Assembly (NCBI GenBank): GCA_024679065.1
Contig: JAGIQG010000008.1
Span: 97,154,001-97,218,000 of the forward strand
Direction of reading: 5' to 3'
From: Sphyrna mokarran
Lineage: Eukaryota
DNA: 64,000 bases
Within the stretch, counting starts at the first letter, position 1, and every line of letters begins with the position of its first letter. Positions 13,301-28,300 of the stretch are shown in pieces. The translations under genes and the position numbers were made by a program. The notes below the pieces were generated by a model. The model was not told the DNA's origin. It was given only the letters and a program-made list of their open reading frames with translations, and searched no databases.

Positions 13301-16300
13301 TATGAATAATCTCTTGATTTTTATAAGACACCTGGATCCCTTGCTGTAGGATCAATATGGAAGGCAAAGTTGTAAGCACTGCTGCCTCACAGTTCTAGGG
13401 ACATAGGTTTGAATCTGAGCTTAGGTTACTGTCAGTGCAGATCTGCACATTCTCCCTGTGTCTGTGTGGATTTCCTCCAGATGCTCCAGTTTCCTCCCAC
13501 AGTCCAAAAGACATGCTGGTTAGGTGCATTGGCTATGCTAAATTCTTCCTTGCTATACCGGTGATTGGTGATTGGGGAATTTACATAGTAACTTCATTGC
13601 AGTGTTAGTGTAAGCCTATTTGTGACAATAAATAAACTTAAAGCATGTGGCTCTAGAAATGTGGAAAATAAAATCAATGTTGGCTCATTTTGGAAGCCCA
13701 AATGGTGAAAATGTCTGCAAATTTCTCTTATATCTGTTAAATTTCAGTAATGAAAGTATGTTCATTTAACAATATAAAAGTTACATGTTGAATTTTAAAG
13801 AAGCAGCTGTCACTAGGAAGAGCTATGTTTTCTGCTAGAGGGCAGCAGAGTGGTTACCACTGCCGCCTCTCAGCGCCAGGGACCCAGGCTTGATTCCCGG
13901 TTTGGGTCACTGTCTGTGTGGATTCTGCGTGTTCTCCCCTTGTCTGTGTAGATTTTCTCCAGGTGCTCCAGTTTCCTCCTGCAGTCTAAAGATGTGCAGG
14001 TTAGATGCATTGTCCATGCTAAATTCCCGTTCAGTGTATCCGAACAGGTGCTGGAATGTGACGACTGGGGGATTTTCACACTAATTTCACTGCAGTGTTA
14101 ATGTAAGCCTACTTGTGACTAATAAATAAATTTCAACTGTTGTTTTGCCAAGGGCAGGAGCAGTTCATTCTCAAATGCGCACAGTTGGGTCAGTTTCCAT
14201 TTTTATTTTGAACAAATCCTTGTGATCATAAGATCCCAACTCTATTTTCAAACAGGCTTATTTAAAAAAAGTTGCTATCTTTTCTTCAAGTTTGCCCAAG
14301 CTTACGTTTTGAAACAGTTAGAATTTGATCTTTTAACATTTTCTAGGAATTTTCTCACCCAAAATAAATTTTTTGGTGCAACCAAGATTTTAAAACTAAA
14401 ACAGTTAAAAAGACAGCACTGTAACCATACAGACCAACTGTAGAAAAGAACTAGAATCTTTCAAAAATCTCTTGTTTCCATTTTTTCTCCTTTTAAAACA
14501 GTTTTCAAAGGATGTTCAGTGCTTATCCAAAGTTGAAAGGATAAACCAGTAAAACGTGTCTTTAATTTGAATGTTACCAGTTCTCCTTTAGCTGTGGTGC
14601 AAATGCTTTGAAAAATTCAAATTAGATTTTGAATCTGCTCTTGCTCCTCTCTTAAGCCTTGCTGGATCCACTCATGGGCAGCATGTTGGTTAGCACCGCT
14701 GCCTCACAGGGAATCACGTTCAATTCCTGGCTTGGGTCATTGTCTGTGTGGAATCTACACATTCACCTGAACAGGTGCTGGAATGTGGGATTTTCATGGT
14801 GACTTCATTGCAGTGTTAATGTAAGCCTACTTGTGACACTAATAAATAAAGTTCCACAGGATAACGCAATGTCTCTCGTAATTGCACATTCATTTGATGA
14901 TTTTCCTCTATTTCCCTCAGAACCAGCATCAGATACGGTGATCGTTTTGCTGAACACCACCAATCTGTAGCTCTAAATTTCCTATTGCTTGTTACTTTCT
15001 TTCTCCATTCTCTTTCACATTGACCTTCCTGTTTCCAAACGTCTGTATCATTCTAGTGGAGCTCAAGATCAGTTCCAGGTACAGCACTTTACCTTTCCAT
15101 TTAGTACTCTTCGATCTTTTAATTTTAATATTGACTTTATAAACTTGGCTGAAATTTTGTCTCTGGTAGAAGCTAATGGTGATTTGACGCATTTGTGCTA
15201 TCAGCTTACAACTTGCTGTCATAGAGCAGCCTACATCTTGCTTTTATTCTTTTCCCAAGTTCTAGGGTTGCAGGACTTTACTGAACTTTGTCAGTTTTCT
15301 GTGCTGTAATTCTGTCTGCCTAATCTCCCGCAGAACTATAACATCCTACAGTGCCAATACAGCATCCTATCCAGGCTTTCCTGTCTACCCTTTCCTGTAA
15401 CCCTGTGCGTTTACCATGGCCAATCCACCTAATCTGCATATGTTTGAACTGTGGGAGGAAATTGAAGGAAACCCTGGAGACACCGGGTGAATGTGTGGAT
15501 TTTGCACAGTCACCCAAGGTTGAAATCCAACCCGGATCTCTGGTGCTAAGAGCCCTATCCCTGTAACCCCATGTATTTACTTTGTTAATCCACTTGACGC
15601 TAAAGGGCAATTTAGCATGGCCAATCAACCTAACCTGCACTTCTTTGGAATGTGGGAGGAAACCAGAGCACCCACAAGAACATATGCACATTTGGTAAAA
15701 CATGCAGACTCTGCACAGGCAGTCACCTGTTGACTTGTGGATCCAGACTGGCTTGCCTGCAGAAAGCAGAGAATGGTTGTAGATGGGTCTTTTTCTGCAT
15801 GGAGGTCAGTCACCAGTGCAGTGCCCCAGGGATCTATTCTGGGACCCTTGCTGTTTGTAATTTTCATAAATGACCTGGATGAGGAACTGGAGGGAGGGGT
15901 TGGTAAGTTTGCTGATGACACGAAGGTTGGTGCTAGATAGTTTGGAGGAATGTCAGAGATTGCAGCGTGACATAGATAGGATACAAGGCTGGGTGAAGAA
16001 GTGGCACATGGACTTCAATCCGGATAAATGTGTAGTGATCCATTTTGGCAGGTCAAATGGGATGAAGGAGTATAATATCAAGGGTAAGACTCTTAGCAGT
16101 GTAGAGGATCAGAAGGACCTTAGCGTCCGGGTCCATAGAACTCTTAAATCAGCCTCGCAAGTAGAGGATGTGGTTAAAAAGGCATATGATGTACTCACCT
16201 TCATCAATCGAGGGATTGCGTTTAGGAATCGGGAGATAATGCTGCAAACTTTATAAGACCCTAGTCAGACCTCTCTTGGACTACTGTGCTTAGTTCTGGT

Positions 16301-19300
16301 CGCCACTTTACAGGAAGATTGTGGAAGCTATTGAAAGGGTGCAGAGGAGATTTACAAGGATGTTACCTGGATTGGGTGGCATGCCTTACGAGGATAGGTT
16401 GAGGGAGCTCGGTCTTTTCTCCTTAGAGAGACGAAGGATGATAGAAGTGTATAAGATGTTGAGAAGTATAGACCGGGTGGATTCTCAGAGGCTTATTCCA
16501 AGGGCTGGAATGGTTGCTACGAGAGGTCACAGGTTTAAGGTGTTGGGGAATATGTACAAAGGAGATATCAGGGATAAGTTTTTCACTTGGGGTGGTGGGT
16601 GAGTGGAATCGGCTGCTGTCAGTGGTGGTGGAGGCAAATTCAATAGGGTCTTTCAAGAGACTTCTGGATAAGTACATGGAACTTAATAGAATTGAGGGTT
16701 ATAGGTAAGACCAGTAGGAAAGGATATCATCAGCACAACTTGTGGGCCGAAGGGCCTGTTTGTGCTGTAATTTTTTTCTATGTTGTAGAATTGAGCCCGA
16801 GGCCCTGGCACAGAGGCAGCAGCGCAAATCACTCTGCCGCCCCAATCATAAATCATAGAACTGGATTGCAACATTAAATAAAGAATGTGACAAATGAACA
16901 GCTTTAAAAGAAACATCTAAAAATGCAACAAAAGGAAACCCAAGATACATATGTAAAGAAACATGCCCACGTTTGATTTCATTAATAGTGCTAACCATTG
17001 TGCCACCGTTGCCTTAGTTGTTTAAATATACTCTGTGATGTATATTCCTTGTTATATCCATATCTTGGATATCCTCCTATCCTCTCAGATCCAGGGGCCA
17101 GGGTTCAATTCCAACCTCAGATGACTGTCTATGCAGAGTCTATATGTTTTCCCCAAATCCACATGTGTTCTTGCGGGTGCTCTGGTTTCCTCCCACACTC
17201 CAAAGAAGTGTGGGTTAGGTTGATTGGCCGTGCTAAATTGCCCTTTAGTGTCAGGTGGATTAACAGGCTAAATACATGGGGTAATAGGGATAAGGCCAAG
17301 GTAGGATTATTGTTGGTGCAGTCTCAATGAGCCGAATAGCCTCTTTTTGCACTATAGGCATTCTATGATCTTTTGAACTTAGGATTTGTTAATGAGTTTG
17401 GCAGCTCTTTAAAAATGTTTTCCCCATTCCATCTAATTGTGAAAATAGCTGTGCCTACTTTTATTTTGATCCCAGCATCCAAAAAAAACTTTTGTTTTTC
17501 TCTCCACAGATATCACCTGACTAGCAGAATACTTGTATTTCCTGTTTCCAATTTCTAGTATCTGTTTTCTTTTCATTATGATTTACTCTTGTGCCATGTA
17601 AATGAGCTGAGAAAGCTACATTATAGTAACATTTTCATTTCACGTAAGTATTGTGAAGATGTTTTTCAAAACTTTTAAGTTAAAATTTATTTATTATTCA
17701 CAAGTAAGCTTGCATTCATACTGCAATGAAGTTACTGAGAAAATCCCCTAGTCGCCAACTTTGGGTACACAGAATTTAGCATGGTCAATTCACCCAACCT
17801 GTGCATTGTTTGGACTGTGGGAGGAAACTGGAGCGCCTGGAGGAAACATATGCGTGCGCAAGTAGAATGTGCAAACTCCACGCAGACAGTAACCCAAGCT
17901 GGGAATCAAACCTGTGCCATTGTAATTCTGGAACTCGAGTAAAATTGAGGAATGCTGTAATATTGCAAAGACTGATTAACTTACACTTCTAAAAAGTTAA
18001 TGTTAATCAGATCGCTAAGCAACCTTTGTGAAATGTTAAAAATTCTCCATTAACTTGCTATCCACTTATAGTGTTTTACATAAGCCATTGCATTGGAATA
18101 AATCTCAATTAGCAGATATTGCTCCATTTTGCTATTTGCCATTGAAACAAATGTTTATTTTATCTACAGAGCCAGAGGTGGTCGTACCAGTGGGGATAAT
18201 AATACTATGTGTATTTCTGAGCGTATGGATATGTGTAGGGATCATTAGCGCTGGACTTCTTGTATATTTGAAGTACCGAAAAGGTAAAACAGCTTTCAAA
18301 TTACTTGACAGGAAGTATAAATTGACAGATTATTCTTGCTCTGTACTGTGATGGTTCATCTCTGTTGAAGATTTTAGCCCACAGCTTCATAGCTCCTCAG
18401 TGTGGGTTTTTGGAGGTAGCACAAAGATGTGCTGGGGAACCCCCTCTGGGAAATTTTCAATAAAGGTTGACCTGGCAATTGTCCAGAAACACTAAATTGC
18501 CCTGGGCAATTGGGCTGGAACCCAGTCTGATGAAACAATTTTAATTGCTAACTTTGGTTCTGCCAGTGTTATGCTAAAAGTTACTCTGAAACAGTTATAA
18601 GAAATAACTTCAGCGCAATCATTTTAAATGCCCAGACCCTGCACAGGATTCCCAACTCCGCTAACCATACCCAAGTGTTTTACCACACTTCTTTGAAATT
18701 CATACTATTTAATTTCTTCTGGAAAAATAGTCATGGGTCTATATGCCAGAAGCTGATGAAAATCATGCAGCTAACTGGTACTGATACATCTGGAGAAACT
18801 CGGTGCACTACACACAAATTCAACTTAAAGTCACATCAGTTCGAAAACAAGGCTTTGGGAGAAGTGGAGGTTTTCAGTAAAAACTTCAATAAAGTCATTA
18901 AAAGACTTGAATTTAAATAATATTGAAATAATGTATGTAATTAAAAAGATTTATACATCTTGTTTAAACCTTTACTTTATAATTGGATGCAAAACTATTT
19001 TACAAATTATTTTGAGTTATTTGTGGGAACTTAGTTTCCAGATTTCACAGAATGACTTGGTTACATCAACACAACCAATTTAAATCTGGGTAAAGCAATA
19101 ATATAGTGATAGCAGGAAGTCAAAAGGGCAGGTTTGCACATGGAAGTTTTTTAAAACATAATTTGGATCTCTTATGATGTTGCTGCAAGTGTGTTCTGAT
19201 TTCTTCTGCTTTGTTTTTGATTTGATTGTGCTGATCTGTGTTAGTCCACCATACTCTGCCTGTCTTTTGCACACATCATGTGTGTCTATTTTACCATCTC

Positions 19301-22300
19301 CCTCCCTTCTTTTGACTCTCATCATGGTGGTTGCCTGCTCTTTTTATGTCCACTGATCTTCCTCCCAGATCTGTGTTCTGTTTGGGTTAAGCATCTTCTT
19401 TGCTGATGTTGCTCACTATAATGAGGAATGCTGGTTTCTTTCGTGCATTACTGACCTCTGCTGTTTTGTTTAGTTGCTGCTATCTGTCCTTGTGTCCTGA
19501 TGTTTCAGTAATTTTGCCTTACTTTCATACTTGGTGTGTCATTTGTCTCTCTCTCTATATTTTATATATATATATGAAATATACACCTCTTTATTTTAAC
19601 CTGGGGATGCTAATCATTTTAGTCAAGGCAAGTTTGTTTCATGTCCCTATTTGATTTCATTTTGGCTAAATATTAATCTTCCTGTTTTATTATTGTTACT
19701 ATTTATTTCAGTAATAATGGTCAGTCATAGGATGGATTTGTGCTGTTATTTGTTTGAAATGATAGACCCTGTGATAAAGAATGGATAAAGTGCTAAATAT
19801 TTTTTTTTAAAGTCCCTCCGAAAGTTTCAGACATCAACAAACCTCCACGAATTGTACATTTGCAAGAAGCACTTTTGAATTGTCAGATTTCTGGGTATAA
19901 GCCTGAGAATATTTCTGTTAAGTGGTTTCTACAACGAAAAGACAAGAAATCAAATGTGATTTTTCAATGGACCCATACCCCAAGCAACACGCAGGATGCT
20001 CCTTCAGATGTCTGCCAGCATCTTATTTCAATGTGTGAAACTCAACATGATGAACACAATGAATCCTTCAAATTTGAGGTGCCTGCAGTTGACAGCAACA
20101 AAGATGGTAGCTCCAGTGTCAATTGCAAAGCCATGTTCTGGCCTGACGTGTATAAGGATGATGGAGCTATTCTTCGGGTTCAAGTTGATCATAGTGCTCT
20201 TGGAACGCCTATAATTAAGGAAATCAAGCTGAAAGTTGATGGAAGTAAGTATAAATCCCTCAGTGAATTTGATTTTGTTTAATTGGTTGTTACTTTTTGT
20301 GTACCAACCAATGATGTCAAGCGAACAGAACTAAAGAAATCTTGTTTATGAAGTGCATCTTTTTTTTTGTTTGACACAGATTTAAACTACCTTTTCAAGG
20401 ATAATATGGATAAAATGATCCACAGTTACACATAGTGGAAAACATGTCACCAGAATATTAAGCCACAAATTGCTGTGTCCATTAGTCCTGTAAATTTTAC
20501 ACTTCCTCCTTCAATTCCACAGCCCCTGTGTTTAGAATTAACTTTATGTTAGGTGCAATTGTGGAATAAATGCAACAGTGTTGCAACATTTGGAGAGCGG
20601 ATACTTTATTGTTTCTCATAGGCATGAGCTAAAGAACATTTTTCAAAAAAAAAATTCAAACTTTTGGGACAAAACAAGAACAATGGAGTAAAGGCATAAC
20701 CATATGTTTTAGAGGAAAATAGTTTTTTTTCAGAACTAGGGAATATTATCTACATATTGGATGCTGTAAGAATAATTTGCTTTAATCTCTGATACTTTTA
20801 AGAATGATGATAATTATTGTACATATTGCAGATAAATGCAATCCAATTGGACAAAAGTCCAGTTCTTGTGTTCCTGAGATAAGTTATAAAGTTATTTTTC
20901 TTTACAAAATTGAATCTTGATGCTACACAGATCTTAAATTTGCCTTCAACTTTCTCAATAATTTCCTAGAGAATCATAGTGGTATGTTTCTCATCACATA
21001 GAATTGCAACAACTATTTTTTCTTAAATTATTGATTTTAATGATGTGGAGATGCTGCCATTGGACTAGGGTGCAACAGTAAGAAGTCTCACAACACCAGG
21101 TTAAAGTCCAGCAGGTTTATATGGAATCCTGAGCTTTTGGCTGCGCTGCTCCTCCTTCAGGTGAGTGATGATGAAGAAGCAGTGATCCAAAAGCTCTCGA
21201 TTACAAATAAACCTGATGGACTTTAACCTGGTGTGGTGAGCTTATTGATTTTAATCATAAAAAATCAACAGATCGTTTAATTTATTGTTTTACCTATGCT
21301 CGAAACAATAATGATAGCAACATAAAACTAGTTCCTCAAACCAAAAGCATCATGCAGTTGTAGCTACATCACACAGTTTATTTAGTGCACAGTGATGTGT
21401 TTTGTTAAAATGATTATTTGAAACCATAAAGTACAACCTAATTAACTTTTAATTCCCATATTTAAAAATATGCCTGTTACTTCAGCAAGCGAGACAAATT
21501 CCCTAAGAGTGATATTTCTCCTGATAGTTATAAAGTTCAGTAAATTTCAGCATTAAATACTTGTGAATGCTAACATTCTTTAACATTTCTGAATTGAATT
21601 GAGGTAAAAAGTCAACAACTTGGAGACCACAATTTTAAGGCAGTTTGAGCATATTTTTTAAATGATAATTACCACATTTTCTGGAATAATTTCTGAAGAT
21701 GCCATTTTAAAACCTGAAAATCTAAGTTCTTGATTTTAAGCAAATAAGTTACTCAATGAAACATTATTTTGTTTTTTATCTCTTTGATTTGTCTTTTTCC
21801 TGACTTTTTAAGGCTTTTTTTAAAATGTTAATTCCATTAAATCGAAAAACATTGGGAGCTGACAATAAGACATTAATCAGCCACATGTGGTTCTGGGGCA
21901 AATCTCCAATTTAGATAGAGGAAGTACTTGTGCAAATTTTATGTCCCAGTGTCATTTATGCCCAAGGTTTAATGGAAGCATATTTAAACAAGCATCAGGC
22001 ATAATTCTGTAACTTTTATGCTAGATTTGCTCATTTCCTTCTTCTGAACTGATGAGAATAAGAACAAGATACAAGCAAAGGGCTTTTGGTTGCAGATAGG
22101 ACCATTTTTGATTCCATGTTTGGGAATGTTTAATTTTGAATTTTAGGCCAATTTCTAGGAGCCCCCACTCTATAATATTTGTAAGGTTTGAACTGATCAT
22201 CTTACATGTGCTATTTGTTTTGAATGAACTGACAGACAAAATAAATTATGACCAGGGATCAGTGGGAACCAGATCATTAAGTTCACTATGGCATACAATC

Positions 22301-25300
22301 TCGCAAATGATCAGTTCTAGGATTATATCATCTATAAAAAGGGAAGTTGCAGACACCTTACAACATGCATATGGCAGTCTAGTGGGAGACCAAGTCAACA
22401 GTCCACTCAATGTTTATACCCACTCTTCATTCCTGTATCAAATCTAAAATCAATCTCCTTTTGTACTGGATTACATAGCACAGCTTCCCAATGTTGCGAG
22501 ACAGACCTTCATTTTGCAAAGTGGGGTGAATGGGGGAACACATTGGTGGCTGACCTATGGCCAAACTAAAACCTCATTCCATTTGAAGTAAATGACTGTA
22601 ATTATGCTGTAATGGATTATTGAATAAACCATTAGAAGTGGTTCACAATGATTTATTTGTACGCTGTGAATTGAGTGCCGTGCAGAGGTATGGATTTATG
22701 TGAGAGTCAGTGAATGTAATGTTGAGAGAGAACTTGGCATAGATGAGCAAGGCAATGCTTTCTGAGTCAGAGGTTTACAGCATGGAAACAGGCCCTTTTG
22801 GCCCACCTTGTCCAATCTGCTCATTTTTTTAAATCCCTAAACTAATCCCAATTGCCCGCATTTGGCCCATATCCCTCTATACCCATCTTGACTTGGAACC
22901 TTAGGTTATAGATATATAGTATTGTTGGGATCGCTTAGCTCATGACACTCTTTGAAGTCTTCACCCACATTTGTTCTTGGATCCTACAGATTAACTCTTG
23001 CTTTTTTTTAACCTCTGCCTACACTAGTAAAGTTTAACCAGTGATTTTTGAACATTTGAGCCTAAAAACTGGACAGTTGCATTTTTTTTTATTAATTTGT
23101 TCATGAGATGTAGGCTTTGCTGTCTGGGCAAGAATTTATTGCCCTGAGGGCATTTAAGAATCTTTGCCATGAATTTGGAGTCACAAGAAGGCCAAACTAG
23201 TAAGGACAATAGATTTCCTTCCCTAAAGGGCATTACGGAATCAGACAGGTTTTTAAGGCAATCAGCAATAGTTTTGTAGTCATCGTTAGACTTTTAATTC
23301 TAGACTTTTATTGAATTCAGATTTTACCATCCATGGTGGTGAGATTTGAACCCAGGTCCCCAGTGCAATTATACTGGTCTTTGGGTTATTAATCCAGTGA
23401 AAATGCTTCTATGCCACTGCCTCCTCTTTCAGACGATCTTCCATAGTTACATTTTTTTTGAATAAGACTGAAGTTTTTAAAATTATATTCCAAGTATTTC
23501 TGGCCTTGTCAAATGCTACAATTCTGCCAACATGCAGTTTGAACTTGCTAGCACGAGGGGACACAACTTTAAATTAAGGGGTATGAGTTATAGGACGGAT
23601 ATCAGAGGTAGGTTCTTTACTCAAAGAGTGATTAGGGAGTGGAATGCCCTGCCTGCAGCTGTTGTAGATGCGCCAAGTTTGGTGGCGTTTAAGAGGTTAG
23701 TTGATAAGTATATGGATGAGAAGGGAATGGTTTAGTTAGGAGGGGCATTGCTTTTTATTTTGGTCGGCACAACATCGAAGGCCGAAGGGCCTGTTCTGTG
23801 CTGTATTGTTCTATGTTCTATGTTCTATGTTCTATGAATCTTGCGCTGCAAAATTAACAACTTTTCATTATCAGCATTGCAGAAGTGCCTGTTATATCTT
23901 TTAATAGGCTATATTCATAAACATTCAGGTCTAAAGTAGTCTATATTTGACACATTCTGAGAACTTTTAAAACATTCTATTTTTCCTTTGTTTTTAAAAA
24001 AAGTTGAACCGAGGATAACTGATATAGTGATACCTCCTTGTATCGTTCATGAAGAAGTGCTGGCTGTGACCTGCCCAATTAATGGATTTAAACCCCGACC
24101 ACTGGCTATCACCTGGTATAAACAGAAGGATAATATAACAAAAGAAATTGTGAAACTTGAACCAGAGGGAGCAGAGTTCATTGAAGGAAGCAAACCAGAG
24201 CAGCCCAAATATGCTCACCATATAACTGAGCTGGAATATGAAGACAAGACATACAGTGTTGCCAGCGTTCTGCATTTTATACCAACCATTGAGGAAGACC
24301 ACAAAGCAATGTATATTTGTGAAGTAAAACATCCAGCCACAGCTGCAAAAATATATAAAGCGATTACCTTAAATGTAAAAGGTATTGTCAGCATTTCTCC
24401 ATTTTAGTTAAGATGCTTTTCTACAAATTTAGCTACATTACTTAAGTTCTCTTAAAATCATCATTGAATCAATAATTAAAATGCATTTCTGAAGACATCA
24501 AAACATTATTGGATTGGATAAGTAATTGATTAGCAGTAAGATTGATTACTTAATATTGATGGTTTTCCAAATCCAGGACTAACTGCCCCTTAAGATGTGG
24601 CAAGGTTTCTAAGATCTTGGATAAGGTGATGGGTGGAATAACCTGGAACAGTGCAACATTTCATTCTGGGAGTGAGAAGGAGATTAGTTATAATGTGAAG
24701 AACTTCTCGCAGATTACCTTCCTGCACTAAAGTAATCAAGTGAAGAAAGGAAAATTGTCACCAAGGGTTTCTGGATATTGAATATAATGGATCCTTTTTA
24801 TATTGATTTTAATTTATTGAATTTCTGTTTAAATTTGGAGCTAATCTGTTTTAGTTTCAAATTATGCTGAATTTTACTTTGAAATTAGGCTGACTTTGTA
24901 GCAGGAGTTACTTTCTCTGTCTTTTCTGGCACAGTAGTTAGTACTGTTGCCTCAGTGCCAGGGACCTTGGTTTGATTCCACCTTGGGTGACAGTGTGGAG
25001 GTTGCACATTCTCCCTGTGTCTGTGTAGGTTCTGTCTGAGTGCTTTAGTTTCTTCCAACAGTCCAAAGATGTACAGGTTAGGTGAATTGGCCATGCCCCT
25101 TAAGAGCCCAAATGTGTGTTGATTAGGTGGATTAACCAAAGTAAATACACAGTGTGAAGTGGATAGGGCAGGAGGGGAGAGCCTGCTCTTTTGGAGAGTT
25201 GGTGCAAACTCAATGGGCAGAATGGCCTCTTTCTGCACTGTTGTGGTTCTTCGGTTATTTGCACCTTCCTAGTCTCCAATTCCCTTTGTGAATATTGTGG

Positions 25301-28300
25301 TGTCCGTATTGAAGAAAAGATGCTTGATAAATGCTTAATCAGAATAAGTCAGGTGTAGATATTGAGAAGATAAGGAGAATTTGAAAGAACAAAAGAAGTT
25401 GGAAACAGGAACTGAAGGAGGGAATTTCAAAGCATGCAGACCAGGACTGTGAAGTTAGTCAGGGTACATTTCAGAAAAGATCAGGAGCAATAGCTAATGG
25501 GCCTATCCAGGGTTAGAATGGGTAGTCGCCTTCTGTTTTTATTTTGCTTTTTGCGTTCTTTGCAGATGCATAATTAAAGTTATACATTTGTATCAAAGTT
25601 ACAAAATTGAACTTGGTTTCTGTTTAACAGTTAGTTATTATTTGTATCCTTTTAAATGATTCAATCTAAAATCAGTTTGAAAAATTGTTGTGATCTATTT
25701 CACTATTTATTGCTGTCAAAGTTTCACAATTTATTTTCTCATTTTTCCCCAGCTATCCCAAAATGTGATAACATAAAACTGTCACCAGAAGTTCCAATAG
25801 TAGATGAACATACGTATGCATCATGTAGAATATATTCCTTCTTTCCAAAAAATCTTGAAGTTATTTGGAAAAAGGATGACGTTGTACTGGAGAAAATGAA
25901 TGCTGATTCTGAAGCAGTGTTCGGAAGGGATGGTCTTTTGTATTTTACGAGTTTTTTGAAATTCATTCCTGTTAGGGAAGATTTTGGGAAGACATTAACT
26001 TGTGAATTCCAACATGAAAGTATCAAAGAATGCAAAAAAACTACTTGTTCATTGGCTCCAATGAGTAAGAAAAATGTTTTATATTTGCTAATGTACTATG
26101 TTCAAATATTCTAATGTTCACCTTAGAACACCAACACCATATATGGTGGATTTTGTTAACCTTTTTCAAACAAAAACTTGGTGAAACATATAAGATACTG
26201 GGTTCATGACCTGTATTTAACCCCTAGATTGTGTTTCAATTTTGGCCAGATTAATGAAATGAACATATACTTTCCCCTATTGGGAAAGTTCAGCCAGTTT
26301 TCAGTTGACATTAGTGTAAAATTAGCCCTTAAAATGATTCATTACAAAATCGGAAATCTAGCCGGAAATGCCAGAATGAACATCATAGAAAGCAGGAAAA
26401 TACATACTGCCCACTACAATGTGAGACAGATTGAATGAGGTTTGCTCAGTAGCTGGCTTTATTAGGCTTGGGAATATTTGATGTTGACACAGGAGGCTAA
26501 GTTGGAAAAATCAATTTCATCCTTTGCACTTTTATTTTAGTATACTGTCATTTCAAAATTAACACACCTGAAACCTCTCTGTATTCAGACTCTGTGCTCT
26601 CCATCTATCATTGTATCATCAGCAAATGTAGCTACAATACAATTGGTCCCTTGATCTGAGTCATTAATAGAGATTGCAAATGCAGCATTGATCCATGTAG
26701 CACCCCACTGATTTCAATTTGCCAGCTTAAAACTAACCCATTTTTACAACTCTGCTTTCTGTCTGTCTCTGCTCGTGCTGATGTATTGGCTCTAACAAAA
26801 TGAGCTTTGCTCTTGTGTGGTAGCCTTTTACGTGTCACTTTGTTGAATACTTTTTGAAAATCCAAATGCACCACATCTGCTCATCTCCTTATCCACCCTC
26901 TTCCATGCACTGTCAAAATAATCTAATAAATTTATTGAACACAATTTCCCTTTCATAGAATTATGTTGAATCTGCTTTTTTTAATCTCCTGCTACAACTT
27001 TTCTTAATAATGTTAGACTAACTGAACAATCATTTCCTTTTCTCTGCTTTCCTCATTTCTTGAATTAGGGGTTCCTCCAATTCATTGGGACTTTTCCAGG
27101 GGCAGAATTTTAAGCTCGTGTACCCTGCCCCCAAACCCTAGGTGGGTTCTGAGGTCGGGTGAATATGAAATTGCATAGATTTGATTCCCTTTGGAATTCT
27201 GCTTTCCTGTCCTTACCTAGATGCAATTTTACAGTGGGCCAGGCAGTCTTGGTGGAAGGTCTGTCTTTCCCCTATTAGGGGTCCTAACTGGCCACTTAAT
27301 GCCCCATCAAATTTGGGGCCCCCTCCCCTCTGGGTTTTGCAAGTTCCGATCCTTCCCCCCCAACCCCTGCGACTTACCACAAGAACACTCCCCGGACTTA
27401 GTTCCAGGTAGGGCATTGCAGTAACTCTTCTGGCCATTGCGGCGCTGTGCCTGAAGATTTAAAGAGCTATCAGATTGGCCAAGGCCTTCTGAGGGTGAAT
27501 GGAATTCTCTCAAATTGTCAATTGGACTTCCAGTGAGCATGAAAAGGTAATGGGCTTCGAGAGTTGGTGGGAACATGTTATACACTAACTCTCAGGATGT
27601 TGAGCCCTGAGCGCTCCCATCCTGATCATTCTGTCTCAGAATGTAGAGAATTTTGGAAGATTATCATCCATGCATCCATTATCGCTGTAGCCATATTTTT
27701 AAGAGCCTAGGTTGCAGGTCCAGAGGACTTATTAGCCTTTAATCCCATCAATTTGCTTAGCACTTTTTCCAGCAGCAACAATTATTTTAAATTCCTCCTT
27801 TTGTTTTGCCTCCAAATTTTCTCCTATTATTAGTTTACTCATCATGTCTTATTCCATGAAGACCAACATAAAATATTTGTTCAGTCTGCCATTTTCTCAT
27901 TTTTTATTAATAATTCCCCATCTCATTCTCCAAGGGATCAACATTTGTTTTAGCCATGGATGAGATCATTAATTAATCCTGTCTAATACATATTGCTAGA
28001 TCGTAAAATAGATCATTCCCTGGTTTACTATATAGTTTTCTAATAAACTGTCTGGAATAGGCTTGTATGAAATCCTGAAGGCTGTCTTTGCCAATTTGAA
28101 TTGTCCAGTCTATGTGAAGATCAAAGTTGCCCATGATCATTGCAGGACTTTTGTTTTTGCAATTCCTTATTATGTTTTGTCTTGATCTATACTCCTGTCC
28201 TACAATATAGTTCATGTTAACCAGCACCTGAGGAGAGACAAAAATGCCTCTGAAGTAGAGGGAGTAAAAAAGTACCTCTGAAATTAAAGGGGAAGAGTAA

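Noticed and set aside
23805-23835. Short periodic repeats or palindromes as a CRISPR-like array
   Set aside because: These are CR1 (TTCTATG)n tails in eukaryotic DNA, with no repeat-spacer structure.
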